From: Harriotta raleighana | Lineage: Eukaryota | Direction: 5' to 3' | DNA length: 64,000 bases | NCBI GenBank assembly: GCA_050575255.1 | Contig: JBNZDD010013728.1 | Location: 7,040,676-7,104,675 of the forward strand | In this document: positions 39,230 to 53,001 of the stretch, one piece after another | Numbering within the stretch: the first letter of the stretch is position 1 | Layout: each line of letters starts with the position of its first letter | Translations under genes and position numbers: made by a program | Notes under the pieces: model-generated | The model's input: only the letters and a program-made list of their open reading frames with translations | Told to the model about the DNA's origin: nothing | Databases searched by the model: none

Positions 39230-39485
39230 AACCACTTGTGCTGAACTTCAGCTACTCCATCCCACAGTCCCTCCGCCTTGGCCCCATCTCTTTCCTCCTT
39301 CAAGACTCACCACAAGGTCCTCCTCTTCGAGCGTGCTTTTGATCAATCTCCTTCCCCCTTGCTCTCCTCCTTTCCCAATCTCTAACCCCAGCTAAGGTTT
39401 GTAATACTGTCTGTCCAGTGCCGTGGGGCGTCCTCCCAATGTGAAAGGCGCTATACAAGTATAATTGTGTTGTTGATGTTGTTGA
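39230..39485 (+). mobile_element. L2 LINE 3' fragment
   Basis: ctccttcaagactcacc and gggcgtcctcccaatgtgaaaggcgctatacaagt. Confidence 0.7.
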
Positions 39486-40502
39486 ATGAAGAGGAATTAA
39501 CAAATCAAATTGTTTGTATGGGACAGGAGGGGAGAAAGAAAACAGCACAACATGAAGCAACAACAGGGGGAATGGGGGAAGCAAAAACCCGTTTATGAGC
39601 TGCCTGCCCGCCCACCCACCAAATGATACAAACACTTGATAGCAAAATTCTAAATGATCAAAAAAATCCTATAATACAATGTTTGAGGGAAAAAACAAGC
39701 AGGACAAGTACAGTTTATCCTTGACGCACCCACAAGGACACAATTTGCATGTTTCTATCATTCTGAACTCGCATGTTTGAGCAAAAATCTGTATTCTTGT
39801 CACACTTCTTCAAATATGCAGATGTGTCAATATCCCACGTGTCCAACTTGTCCTCCACCATTGGCAATACGCACACACCACTCACAATGCAGCTCATTGT
39901 TCTTAAATGTATGTCACTGGCATCTCATTTTACCAAGGGCACCAGCACATAAGCCAATTAAACATGAAAATATTTGGGCTCTAATTAGCATACATTACAT
40001 TTTTCTGAATTTTTTAAGGAACGCACATTCCTATCTTTTAAGTTTGAATGCGCCTCAGATCCAGACTACAAGTCTTGCACTCACGTCAACATGAGGGTTC
40101 AGTGTTGGAAATTGGTATGCTTTTCCATTTCAGTCAACCAGTGTCAAAAGTTGAGTATAACACAGTGAGTTGGATACAGCCTCAAGCTAATTCTTAGCCC
40201 CAAACTCAAAAAAGTATCCTTATTGCACTGGGGTAACATTTTCCATTCCCACACCAGCCATCCTGTCTCTGGGGCCCATTTGCTAACTTTAGCAGAATAA
40301 TCGCAGCGTGCTTATAAATAAGTAGTGAAATTCTAATTATACATAACATAAATAAAATTGCATGTGTTTCTAAGCACAGTGCGACAAATTTGTTATATTT
40401 AGTGAGTGCAACATAACAACCCTTCTCTGCGTATATTGCTAACTTGTCCCATGTTAAGTGTCACAGTTCAGCCTAATCCTCCCCTCATGTGGCGGTGTCT
40501 AT

Positions 40503-40795
40503 GATAATAATCCTTGCATTTCATATAGCACTTTTCACGTCTTCTAGACGTCTCAAAGCGCTTCACAGAATATACTGTAAAATGAATAGACTGTATTTTT
40601 TGTGGGCGAAACACGGTTGCGGATTGCGCACATTAGTGTCCCATAACGGTCGTGGATTGAAATGACCAATTGTTTTTTTTTAGGAATTATTATTAGGCGA
40701 GTGGAGTAAGGAAACTTGCTCAAGGAGTCACCCTGGCTGGAATCGAACTCAGGTCTATTACTTGCAAAACGAGTGCTCTAACAATTGAGATACAT
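40503..40795 (-). mobile_element. SINE family 1, near full length
   Basis: Same core and tail as the other copies, in antisense. Confidence 0.85.
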
Positions 40796-41002
40796 CTGAT
40801 CCTTCCAGCAAGTATTCATTATTCATGGATAGTAATCAGGAGCTATAACTCATTTTTCTCCCCTCGATACTGTAAGGCACTACGGTTAATTCAAGCTCCC
40901 TGCCACCATCCTAGCTGATGTAGGCAAAATGCAGATTGAGTATCAAACCTGAGATCGTCCAAGTCTATCTGCCTCAGATTAACTCTAGGCAACATATCTA
41001 CC

Positions 41003-41400
41003 AGCAACAACAACAAAATGCCTGTTCATGTCGAAAGGACATCCAATTTGGACGTTTGAGGGTTTGCACCGGAGCTGTGGGTTAGATTTCGGTGAGCCAA
41101 GGGAGATGGCTGGGGGAGCTGGTGGGAAGATGATCTAAGGAGCAATCAGAGTGGAAGGTCTAGAGACAGACCATGAAGGAGGCGAGAAGGAGAAGAGATG
41201 AGGCGGAGGGACTCCAGGATGGACTTTCCAGAAAGTGGGGACAGAAAGGCTAAAAGCCTGACTGCTGATGGTGGGGCAGGCAGAATGGGGGACATGAAGT
41301 GAAGCATGCCAAGACCTGATAAGTGAAGGGAGCAGGCAGGTGGTGGGGTTCTAGAAAGTCACAGAGGAAGAGGCAGTGGAGCTAGGCAAGGATTGGGGGT
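41003..41400 (-). mobile_element. L2 LINE 3' fragment
   Basis: (CAA)n start followed by purine-rich antisense of the L2 3' end. Confidence 0.65.
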
Positions 41401-42379
41401 GAATGGTGTTCAGTGCCTAGTGTGGTGGTCTCAGCCAAGCTGATCCTGGAGTTTAATGAATAGGAACAATCCAATATAAAATAAAAGACTGTGAAAAAGT
41501 TCCAGGATCGTGAATGGATGACAAAAGTTCATCATCGCTAATCAATCAATCAAAATTACATTTATATAGAGCCTTTCACGTCGGGAGGACGTCCCAAGGC
41601 GCTGTACATTCAAGTAGGGATCAGAGCCGGGGGGGAGGGGTCGGGGGAAGGAAATTAGGAAAAATTGACTGTATATTTTTGGGCGAAAAGGTGGGCTAAG
41701 CTCTGTCCTTGTAGCCACAAACCTCCACTGAGCATTGAGTAAAGAATCCATTCTGCGGCAGACACAAGCAGAAATTGTTGAAAGATGTGCATGGCAACTA
41801 GGAAAGGAACCCACAGGAAAATATTGAAAAGCTTCACAGCAAATGTTCCCCATCTGGGAATACTCATGTTGAGTTTGGCATTATTATTTTTTTGAAAAAA
41901 AGATTGAATAACACCACAGGAAGTAGAGTACTGTACTACCAAATCTCCTACAAGCTCAGCTGAATGTTTTCAACTCATAAAAATAATAGTAATAAAATAA
42001 TACTTATTAATAATAATTATTAAAATAATATTTGCCTTTGATGTAGCTCTTCTTTCATGCAAAGAGGATGTCTCAAAGTGCTTTGCAGGAGTTACTTTAA
42101 AGTGTAGTGACTGTGTATTTTATAGTCAAATAGCAATGGAGATTCTCCTGGTGACAATTCCCCAAAATAAAATTGGTCCTTCACTTCATGGCTGTTTGTG
42201 GAATACTCTAGTGTAAAAATTGCCTGCTTTCACTCACACGCAAATTAGTCACTGCACTTCATAGTACACTGTGCAGTGTTTTGAGATGTCATCCATCACA
42301 ACATGAAAAGCGTTGGATTAAATGCAAGGATTATTATTATTTAATATAATTTGCACACAGCAATGTAACACAAAGAGTC

Positions 42380-42615
42380 ATAACAACAAGAACAACAAAA
42401 TTGCATTTGTATAGTGACTTTCACTTTCACGGACATCCCAAGGCACTAACTGTTTCAAACCCGAGCTGGGAGTCGGGATTGGGGAGGATAAAAGACCATG
42501 GGTGAAGGAGGGTGAACAAAGGCACGATTGAAGAGGAGGGTATTGAGATGGGTCTTGAAGGAGGCAAGGGAGGAGGTGAGGCAGGGGGATTACGGGATGG
42601 AGTTCCAGTGGGTGT
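42380..42615 (-). mobile_element. L2 LINE 3' fragment
   Basis: caacaaaattgcatttgtatag, gggtcttgaaggaggc and gggatggagttccag. Confidence 0.7.
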
Positions 42616-45600
42616 GAAAATGCCCTTTTCTTTTCTGATTCAAAGGACATTGTATCCTCTTATCCACCCTCACTGCTAACATGGGACTAATTCAACCAGT
42701 CACACACACAATTAAATGGAAGTAACTAACTCTAATAACAATTATCATCAGTATCTAGGTTATTTACTACAGGCTTTTAAATTTTCAATTGACACTATTT
42801 CATCATGTGAAAGATTCATAGATATGTCTACAAATTATAGTCACATCACATTACAATAAATCCTATGCAGCGCTTTGAGATGTTTCACCAATGTGAAAAA
42901 CTGCTGTTAAAAAAAAAGGGTCATTATTGTTTGATTATTATGACATACTTTTACTTTAAGTTCAGAGTTCGGGTAATTCAACCGAGCTTCTCAGTATTAC
43001 ATAGTAAGAAATAGCATGGCCCGTGTCTTATGTTACAAAATGAAAAAATGTTAATCTGCAGTTCAATGCACTAAGAGGATAAACAGACCAAACTAAGGTC
43101 ACTTTTAGTCTATTTTTAATGATTACAGCTGAAACGTTCCACTTCTCTTTTTCATAAACAAGCGCATCCATGCGTCTTCTACCAATAAGATTCCCATTCC
43201 TTTACCTTTTAAAAGGTTATCTACTTCCTCCACAATGACTATTAAATTGAAGTGTTTTGTAATGTCCTCACAACATGAGAGACTATATAAATATAAATTG
43301 TATTGTATTGGTTTGAAAATAAAACCTCTCCAAATATGTGAAACCTGATAGCTTGCACATTGCGTGGAATATGTGAAACATGTTTCACAGACAGTACTGC
43401 ACACAATGTGAAATCTATTGCTTTCTCCTTTCAGCACAGTACATGGAGTACAATAATCCCTATCTTTGAAAAGATATTTAGCCCCTATTTATTTTAGGGA
43501 ATAAAATACATACCAGAGTTTAAAAAAAAAGATGAAATCAGGACGAGTAATATTGGCAGCCTTATAAAGTGAACAAAACACAACGCCAGACACAATAATG
43601 CAGCTTTGAAAGTACCAATCCCCAAAAATGCAGCTTCATTAACATAGATTGAAATAAGAGGTTCATATACCACATGATTACACTCCATTTTAAACAAGCC
43701 AAGAAATGACTATGCCAGGAAGATTTAGAACTGGTTGGTTTATCATTATAATAATCCTTTCATTTGATATAGGCGCCTTTCACTTCAAGAGGACATTTCA
43801 CAGCACTTCACAGGATTTACTATATAATGTGTGTATTTTGTAAGCAAAAATGTTTGCTTTTTACTTTTTTTTAACTTGAACGCAGCACATTTTTACTTCC
43901 TTTCTTCAAATCCTTTACAAGAGCACTGGGCTAGTACTGTACATCATTTACAGGGCTGATGTTCCCTGAAACAACCAACCACTGAAGGCTGACCTACATG
44001 ATGTGTGAAGTCTACCTGATCATAAGATTACAACATAAATAACCAATCTGGAAATCATCCAAGGCAAAATGGAAGCCATACTTAAATCCCATGGCACTTA
44101 AGTGATTCCACATGGAAATGTAGTTCTTTTATTTACTGGACTGAAATATGCGGATTGATCATTATGAGTTCAGACGTACAAAAGCAAACATGCTGGCAGC
44201 AGTAACACTATTTACATATCTCATTTTGATGTATTGGTCTTGTGCTCAGTTTAAGACTGTATATATGCAAGGAACTTACATCTGGGGGAAAAAAAGGACG
44301 ACTCAAGATTTTTTTTTCCTGTTTGCAGTACTAACAATGTGCAATGAGCACAAAAACGGTCAGACTTTCTCTTCTCACAACCCCAACAAATTCACACGAT
44401 GGTGGATCCCGATATCATACATCAAAACCCTTAATACTGAGTCTGTAAATTATAGTTTGGCAAGATAAAGTCATTCAACTAAATAACAGGCAGACAATCA
44501 TTTTTTTTTATCCACAGGAGCTTCATTTCCATAACCACTGGTACACTCTAGCTGATTGCAAACTCTGTTCTCAACAGGTAAAACATAGCATTTTATTTAT
44601 TATCTGCAATGCAATGAACTCCACCAGTCTCTTGCATCGAGATGCCTATATCCTGTGTGCTAAATGTCTCATTCACTCTTGGCAAGTTCAGTACAGAGAT
44701 GAGAAGTCTAGATGATGAACAGAGGGCTCTCTCCCTTAACATTATAGTGCAGCAAACGGTTTGCTTAGTGTGTGCAAGCAAATACCAGGATTGGCCATGA
44801 AAGGATTAAACCCTCATTTAAATTGTTTCCCACACCCATGTCAATGGTATGTTAGCAATACCTTCAAATTGTACAATGAATAGAACAATGTTCTCTGATT
44901 TTTTAAATTAAATGGAACATATAGAGTTTGAACCCTACAGTGAGGCTTTGAGGCAAGTACTTCCCCAATATGCCTGTGAACTTCCGTTTTTTTCTGTCTG
45001 TGCTGTATTTAGCTGAATTAATCATTGTGTTTAATATTCTGTATTTTTCCCTTTTCTAAGAATGTTACTAGCTGCGCTTGGCAATGAATATCCTCCAGTC
45101 TGCAAAAAGTTGACCACATAGAACATTGCAAAGGCAAAAGCATTACCAATAAATACATATAAAATACTGTGTGATATACTTTATCACAGACTGGCTCTAT
45201 TGTCAAACACACAGATTATACATGTACAAACCAACTCCTACTAAAATTTCCTATGTAATTATGGGACGATCAGAATGAATCTGTTGTGTTGATGTACATT
45301 TCCAAATTATAAACAGTATTATAAACAGGGTTTTTACAGAGGATAAAAATGGTTCCACCTTAGTTCAAACATAGAAAGTTAAACATTGGTGGAATGTTAT
45401 AAATGTCATTTATTTTCCACTGCTCTTTATCTTCCAATTTCCCAATATTTCTCTTCCTCTGCAAGGGCATTTGAATCCTTTTTCCTTCTACTGGAATAGC
45501 AGTTATTCCACTCAAGTGAATATTATTCACTGAATCCCAGGAGAACAAAAAAGTATTCACACATCAAGAATAAAGTCAACATGATACGAACCTATAAACC

Positions 45601-45648
45601 AATGCCTTGGTCAGGTTTTCAATTACATATCAGTAACTAATAAAATTA

Positions 45649-46005
45649 GAGTCATGTAGCTCAGTGGTTAAAGCATTCGTCTCGCAAGTGAGAGGACCAG
45701 GGTTCGATTCCCAGACAGGGCAAAAGGTTGAAAAAGTTTCCTTCCTCTAAAAGCCTCTGCTTACCTTGCACTAATAAGTTATTAGTCAATTAGTGAATTC
45801 ATTTTGTGAGGGTAATAATCCTTTAAAAATATACATACTGTATATAATTTGGTGACTCAATTCACGACTGTTTGTGGGACAATGCTGCCACAGTGTGAAA
45901 TTGGCTGTCACATTTCGCCCACAATTCACTTTTGTATATTCTGTGAAAAACTTTGAGATGTCTCAAAGATATGATAAGGTGCAATATCAAATGAAGGGAT
46001 TATTA
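45649..46005 (+). mobile_element. SINE family 1, long variant
   Basis: gtagctcagtggttaaagca and gggttcgattccc, with an extra segment of about 55 bp before taataatcc. Confidence 0.8.
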
Positions 46006-46602
46006 AAATGTAACATTTCCCAATGGCCTAGAGAACGAAGGTACCTTCCAGTCCATCACATGTCTTGCAGACTGGAAGATAGAAGTTTCAAACTCCATTT
46101 CAAATGACTTAGTTGCTCTCTGTTCTGAGATGTTGCCCTGTGTGTAGGTTCTATATAAATACACGTTTATGTGAAGCTAGTATACTGTGAATCAGCAAGC
46201 CAATATTGCATTGGATTTAGCCTTTTGGAGGAAATAATTTGACAATATTGAGGTTCGCTTAAGATGTAATTATCTGGTCCCAGATTGACAGGCAACAGGA
46301 AACTTTGCCAGAACGTTCTTTCAATGGCAAATTATATAGTTTTAGCTGGTTAAACTCCAGCACATTATGGCATTCCCAAACTAGCTGTTGCCAGGCTACA
46401 CCTAATATACTCTGTAATTAGGTAAACATGATATGTACTTCCAGTAAAAATGCGCATTTTCTTCCAATACATGGAGATTTAATGTATAGGTGCGATGCAT
46501 GGAACTCTCAGTCTAGTTTTTCAGTAGACTAAGCATGGTGATGGATTTCCACTTATGGCTGACAAGTAAAATATTGAAAACTGTATCTCTGTGATACTCT
46601 GT

Positions 46603-46970
46603 GGAGTCCTATAGCTCAGTGATTAGAGCATTCGCCTTACAGCGAGACCCGAGTACCATTCCCCGCAGGCCAAATGTTGGGCAAGTTTCCTTACTCCGCA
46701 TGTCTCTGTTTACCTAGTACGTAGTAAGTAGGAACCCAGTTGTTCGTCAATTAGAGGATGTTTTTTTTATGGATAAAAATCCAACTCCCGAAAAAAAAAA
46801 ATTTGGTCACTCAATTCACAACTGTTTGTGGGACACTGCTGTGTGCAATTGGCTGTCGCATTTCAACCACAAAATTACCCAGTCAATCCACTTTAGAATA
46901 CATTCTGTGAAGCGCTTTGGGATGTCTAGAAGACGTGAAAAGCACAATATCAAATGCAAGAATTATTATT
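46603..46970 (+). mobile_element. SINE family 1, long variant
   Basis: ggagtcctatagctcagtg head, ttgggcaagtttccttactccgcatgtctctgtttacctag segment, core and tail. Confidence 0.8.
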
Positions 46971-48294
46971 TTTCGGAAAAGGTTTTTTTTGATATTTGAT
47001 ATTGAATTTAGTCCACAATATGAGAAAATAGCATGAAAACATGATGCAACCCACAAAAGGGTTAAAGTAAACATTTTCAGAATAGGAAAAGGATAGAAGA
47101 TAGTAGTGACTGAAAGGGGAGAAGGTGGAACGAAAACGTGGCAGACAGCCAGGGGTTGGTACCCACATGAATGATGAGACAAGAGAGATGGAGACAGAGG
47201 TAGCAGCAGAGGATTCATAAGAGACATAGCAGCCAAACTATACAATGGAGGAGAATGCAAGGCAATTCACACTTCTAACAAGTGAAATCCTGCAACCTTG
47301 TCGGAAAAGAAATGCTTCCACTAAAGTGAATGGTATCTTGTTAGACACTTTCATGCTCCTTCTCGAAATCTATCCTGGGCCCAATTACTAAACCTTGAGA
47401 TCTTTTGGATTTGTGATTCACAATGGGATTTCCCAAAACAAATACATAGTCTTAGGACCTGACACACGGCAGATGTATTTCCCCACTAAGTTTGCGAGTT
47501 ATTGTTAGCATTATGAGCATGACAAAATTATTACTCTGATTGCTGTGGGGTAAAGTGACTGTGATTGAACACTGTGATTGTTAAAGAATAGAGTGACTGT
47601 GATTGACAGGGGAAAAGAGAGTAATCTATGATAGTTTATAGTTAAAGGTTAGAGTCGGAAAGAAAGTGAAAGAAAGTCAGGGCAGAGGGAAAGTCTGAGA
47701 GAAAGAGAAAGTAATACAGATGCTGACTGAGTGAAATAGTTAGAGGAACTAAACTCAGAAAGACAGTGATTCAAAGAGAAAGTTTAATACGGAGAGTAAG
47801 AAAGAATTAAAGTGGGAGTAAGAGAGATAGAGATAATTAAAGAGAGAGCAAAGGGTTGGCATTGTGTGATAACTGTAGTATGATATTGGTACTGCAACAT
47901 CTGATGGAAGAGTTTTAAAGATAGCACTGTAGTAAATTTGTATTTTGCAAGATGACCAAATATCCTCAGTTTCCTTATCCACAATGGGATATCTGACCCT
48001 ATATTGTAGCTTTCTTTTCTGACAGTATCACTTTCATTTTTAATTGTGCGACTTTATCCCTCTTAACCTTTTCAGAGCCCCACTGGAGCTATAAAGATTT
48101 ATTGTGATCATATTTTTTTTATCATTCTGATAACTGAACATTGACAACATTTATTGCTAAGCAAATAAAAACATACTTTAAATTGCCAGGAGATCTGGTG
48201 AACTTCAGCTGCTCTGACACAGGACTTTATTTTTCCCAGGATACGGATAAAATAATTCACTGGGTTAAAATGTGTCTTATCTGCAGGAAGATAA

Positions 48295-48495
48295 AAATAA
48301 TAATCCTTGCATTTGATATAGTGCTTTTCACATCTTGTCAATGTCTCAAAGCGCTTCACAGAATTGACTGTATATTTGTGGGCGAAACACGGCAGCCAAA
48401 TTGCGCACAGCAGTGTCCCACAAACAGTCGTGCACTGAAATGACCAATTTTTATTTTTGTGGGTTTGTTTGCACAGATTATTATTGGAATAATAA
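48295..48495 (-). mobile_element. SINE family 1, 5'-truncated (similar partial copies at about 4480-4615, 15195-15295, 22155-22252 and 54950-55052)
   Basis: aataataatccttgcatttgatatagtgcttttcaca tail plus core, no head. Confidence 0.8.
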
Positions 48496-49240
48496 TCAAG
48501 ATGCTATTATGATAGTTTCTCACAGAGTGCTGGACAATGATCTTTCATGTTTGTTAGTCATTAACCTGTCTGTCTGCTGTAATCTTTCTGTGATAAATGG
48601 TTGCTGTGCTTACCTATAAAAAAACAGCTACTGTCCTTGACAGTAATTACTTGTGACGCTCTTTAAGATGTTCATGGCATAAGACTAGTTCTTTCTTTAT
48701 ACAAATTGTACAACAATCTCACTGTATTTTCCATTGCTCATCTTTACTTGTGTACTACAGTATTATCTATTTATTTTGTGTGTAAGAGTGTGATGATTGA
48801 GAACCCACAATAGCAAAGGATTGCCATTTTAATTATATTCAATTTACCGATGGCTATTAGCCATGAAGACATCTTCAGAATTTACTGACGCCCTGCGAGT
48901 TGGTTAATTGATTTACCATGTCCTGTTTTCATAGATTTAGATTGATAAACAAATCCAATGTGACCCTTATGATAAGTTTAAGAAGATTTGGCAGCATTCG
49001 ATGTTCAAGAAGGACCATTGAAAAGATATACATCTTAAATAAGGTGAAACATAACTAGACTCAGATCTTACAGAAACACCAACTCCCCACATCCACTTTG
49101 GTGCTTATCTCTATTCTGGCTCTTAGCTTCCCCATTCTCCATTTGGCAACTCATCTTACCCTCCCACCCAAGCACATCTCCATGCCTTGCCTAACAGCCC
49201 ATCCTCCTAACAAGCTCACTTAAAATCGTTCTCCAACTTA

Positions 49241-49552
49241 GCTCCTGTAGCTCAGTGGTTAAGAGCACTCGTCTTGCAAGTATGAAACCTGGGTTTCAAA
49301 TCCAGGCAGATCAGGGCAAAACTTTAGGCAAATTTCCTTACTCCACACACCTAATAATAATCCCTCAAAAAAAACACAACAATAAAATTGGTCATTTCAA
49401 TCCACGATTGTTTGTCGAATAATGCTGTGTGCAATTGGCTACCGTGTTTTGCCCACAAATATAGTTAATTTACTTTACAGTATATTCTGTGAAGCGCTTT
49501 GAGACGTCGATAAGATGTGAAAAGCGCTATATCAAATCAAGGATTATTATTA
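49241..49552 (+). mobile_element. SINE family 1, full length
   Basis: gtagctcagtggttaagagca head, core and ggattattatta tail. Confidence 0.85.
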
Positions 49553-52386
49553 GTACTGTATTGTAAGAAAATTTAAAAGAAAATTGTCCTCCACATTCGT
49601 AGTGAGGATAGGTGCTTATTGCTTTGAACTATAGAGATGTCTGATAGCACACAGTGGGTTCTCTCTCTTTACTTCATCCTGTTCATCGGCTTTCCTTTTC
49701 CCTCGGGTGCCGTTTCTTGTTCCTTTCAAACATGCTCATTTGAGAGTTATTCCTTCCCCTTCCATCCCCCTTTTTCTTACTTTCCCACTATCCGCTTATT
49801 TTGTCCACAATGGGCTTCTTTTACAATGTTTGTTTCCCAGATGTCAGGCACCAATTCTAGTTTAATAGCTAATTCCAAAAACCTGAAAAATAAAAACAAT
49901 TTAAAAAGCCATTTATCCCCCACTTACCCCCTCGCAACTGGGCTCTGTGGAATTCTCCAATTGGAAAAGACTCTTCATAAAGAGGATGAATATAAATCTA
50001 AGTGTTAGCTTGGCTCAGATGGTTGAGTTGGGGTACATGTTCCATGTCAGGTCTATGAACTCACAGGCTAGGCTGGTGCTCCAATGCAGTGATGGGTGTG
50101 TGTGCATTGTCTGTTCAGGAGGACGCTGAAGATTTCACAACACGATTCAAAAGGAGAAGATAATTAGGAAGTTTCTCATGATGCCCTTGGCCAACAACTT
50201 CCAAATAAAATCATGGCTGTTTGCGGGACATTGCTCCGTGCAAAAAATCGACTGCCGAATTTACTTGTATAACGTCTCAAAGTGCTTCAAATAATATACC
50301 GCAAAGTGAACTGTATATTTTGTGGCCGGAAATATGGTCACTACACTTTCCAGTCATTTCTGCAAAGTTCTTTGAGGCGTCTCAACGATGTGATAAGATG
50401 CTACATCAAACACAAGAACAATTTTTAATTGTTACAATCATCAGTAATTCACCCACAAAATACAGTCAATCCACTTTAAAGTATATCCTGTAAAGCTTTC
50501 TGAGACATCTCGTGACCCAATACAGCGTTATATCAAATGCAAGAGTTATTATCATTATTATTAAGCTTTCCTTCCACCCTAAACTGCATTTACTTTCCCA
50601 ACTTTAATGTTGGGACTACACCAAACCTGCAAGTGACCTGGTATTCTCATGGTTTGTTCTGCACTGAGCTTGGAACTGTTTGTGTAAGCGCTATGAGACG
50701 CCGTCCGGCGTGGAGGGCACTATATAATTCAAAGTTGTTGTTGTTGTTATTGGAATTGTATGTTTCCCTGAAAGCTGAGTGAATGGAAAGAAAGAGCACA
50801 GAAACAGAAACGAAGGGATCTGGTTGTTCCTGTCACCATAATGCTCCATTATCTTCACTAGAAACTAGTCACGTGCCTGCAATTTTTAAGGACACAGTGT
50901 AAATGCATGCAAACAGCTCACCATTTACTGCACAATGCATAATAATGAGTACAAATGGCTTACAGTGCCTTTCATGCAAATCCATTGCACGCATGAATGT
51001 GCCTTTACAGCAAATCACAGATAAAACATTCACTTATTGTATGCAACATAAATTACTATTGTTCAGTCAGAATAACCATTCGCAAATGTGCTTTTATAAA
51101 AGGAAGAAATAACATACAAGACTTGAAATAGCAGATACATCCTTAAATTCAGGAAATCCTGACATTCTCAACAATAAAAGTGGTGAGGTTTAGATTACAG
51201 AGTGTTTTGTGACCTAAAGCAGATTTTGTTCTGAAAAGGTTTTTTATGACATTAATACACTCGTTGCATCAACATTGAAATTTCGGTGAGAACAATGGGG
51301 TTTTCAAAACATTTCTTAATGTACCATTCACATAACAGTGGCTTTAATGAACAAACTGTCTTCACTGGAAAGGGATATTTTTCCTTACAAAATATACTGC
51401 AGTACAGAAAAGTATCCCTTTACAGGGAAAATTTGATGGAACAAAATTTGTAAAGTTTCATAACATGTTCCTTATGTTAATTTGCACATGTTATGTAATG
51501 CTACAAATTTGTTCCTGTTTGAAAACTAACACTCATACACATACATCACATGTACATGTGAGTGTTAGTTGTGCTACATTGCTGCGTCTGCACTAACTCC
51601 CATCCAAGTGACAGGATCCAATTGGGTCACTATTGGAGTTTAACAACAACAAAATTACATTTGCAGAGCGCCTTTCACGTCGGGAGGACGTTTAACTAAT
51701 TAAAACAGCACAGCTTACCATTGAGATCACTGTAAGTAACTACAAAAGGTGGGGGCTACATGAAAGGGGCTGAGAGCAAAGACACAAAGTGCTTCAATGG
51801 GGGAGTGTATGAGTGTAAGCTGGAGTTAATTATGGAAATGGAACAAATTTATAGTGTTCCATTAACGTATTCCTCGTGTTAATTAACACATTTGTATGAA
51901 GCATCGCAAACTTCAACCCAATGTTGATTTAAAAATATATTAAAGCAACTAAAATGATTTTAACTGTACATATGTCAATATCTGATTACATTCAGCTTTT
52001 CAATACATCTTCAGGGTGCCTTTTCGTCACAATAAATGTATTCCACTTGCTCAGTGTCCATGTGTTAAGTGCTCTGAGACACTCTTTTATGTGAATAGCA
52101 CTATATAAGTGCAAGTTGTCGTTGAAAGCAATGAGGGTTCATGCAGATTGTGCTTATTCTGTGCGCCATCCAATTGAACATCAAAGATCCCCATGGCACT
52201 AATCAAAAAGGAATTTATTTTCCTGATGTTCTGGCCAACAACCCCAGATAAAATTGGCCATTCACCACATAGCTATTTATGGGACATGGCTGTCTACAAA
52301 CTGGAGGCCAAGCTCCTTATAAATATACAAACGTACAGTTTTTGCACCGCACAGAATGAATGTAAGGGAGAGAGGGAGGGACAGGC

Positions 52387-52423
52387 AGGAAGGAAGGAAG
52401 GAAGGAAGGAAGGAAGGAAGGAA
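52387..52423. repeat. (GGAA)n microsatellite
   Basis: Direct reading of the sequence. Confidence 0.9.
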
Positions 52424-53001
52424 AGAAAATAGAGAAAACTGCTGCTGTAGAGACTGTTTTTAAAGGCAAAAGAAATATCTAGTTTACATGCACCAAAGTC
52501 AGATAACAGCCAAGAAAGAGGTAAATAAGCAATTTATCTGGGAGACTCTCATGCACCAGGAGACACTCTTTTTGTGTAAGGGGTGGAAAGGGTGCAAAAC
52601 AATACTCTCACATTTAGAAGACACTTAACAGTATATATGACTGATCTTATATCAATATATATGACTTATCCATCTTATTCAAATTTCCCGCATTCTCACC
52701 CGAACCAAACTTCTCTCCCCGATTACCCCAACTTCATTGGCTCCCCGTCACGGAGCAGATCAATATCCTATTTTCCTACTTTCGGGCCGAAAGACTTTTC
52801 TTTTTAACCGCGCTTTTGGTCACCTTTTTCCCCCTCCCCCTGGCTCGGCCCCGGAATCCATTTTGTGAAAGGTTCTGAGACACCGTCTGGTGTGGAGGGC
52901 GCCATATAAATCCAAGTTGTTGTTGTTGTTATTGATCTCCCTCGAGGGGCATTGGCAGGGATGACAGTACTGGGGCACCCAGGCAGAAAGGATATACAGT
53001 A

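Noticed and set aside
45651-45720. tRNA-like sequences with A and B boxes (also at 14700-14768, 49241-49310 and 54105-54175)
   Set aside because: These are SINE heads that run on into the core and tail. They have no complete cloverleaf or acceptor stem.
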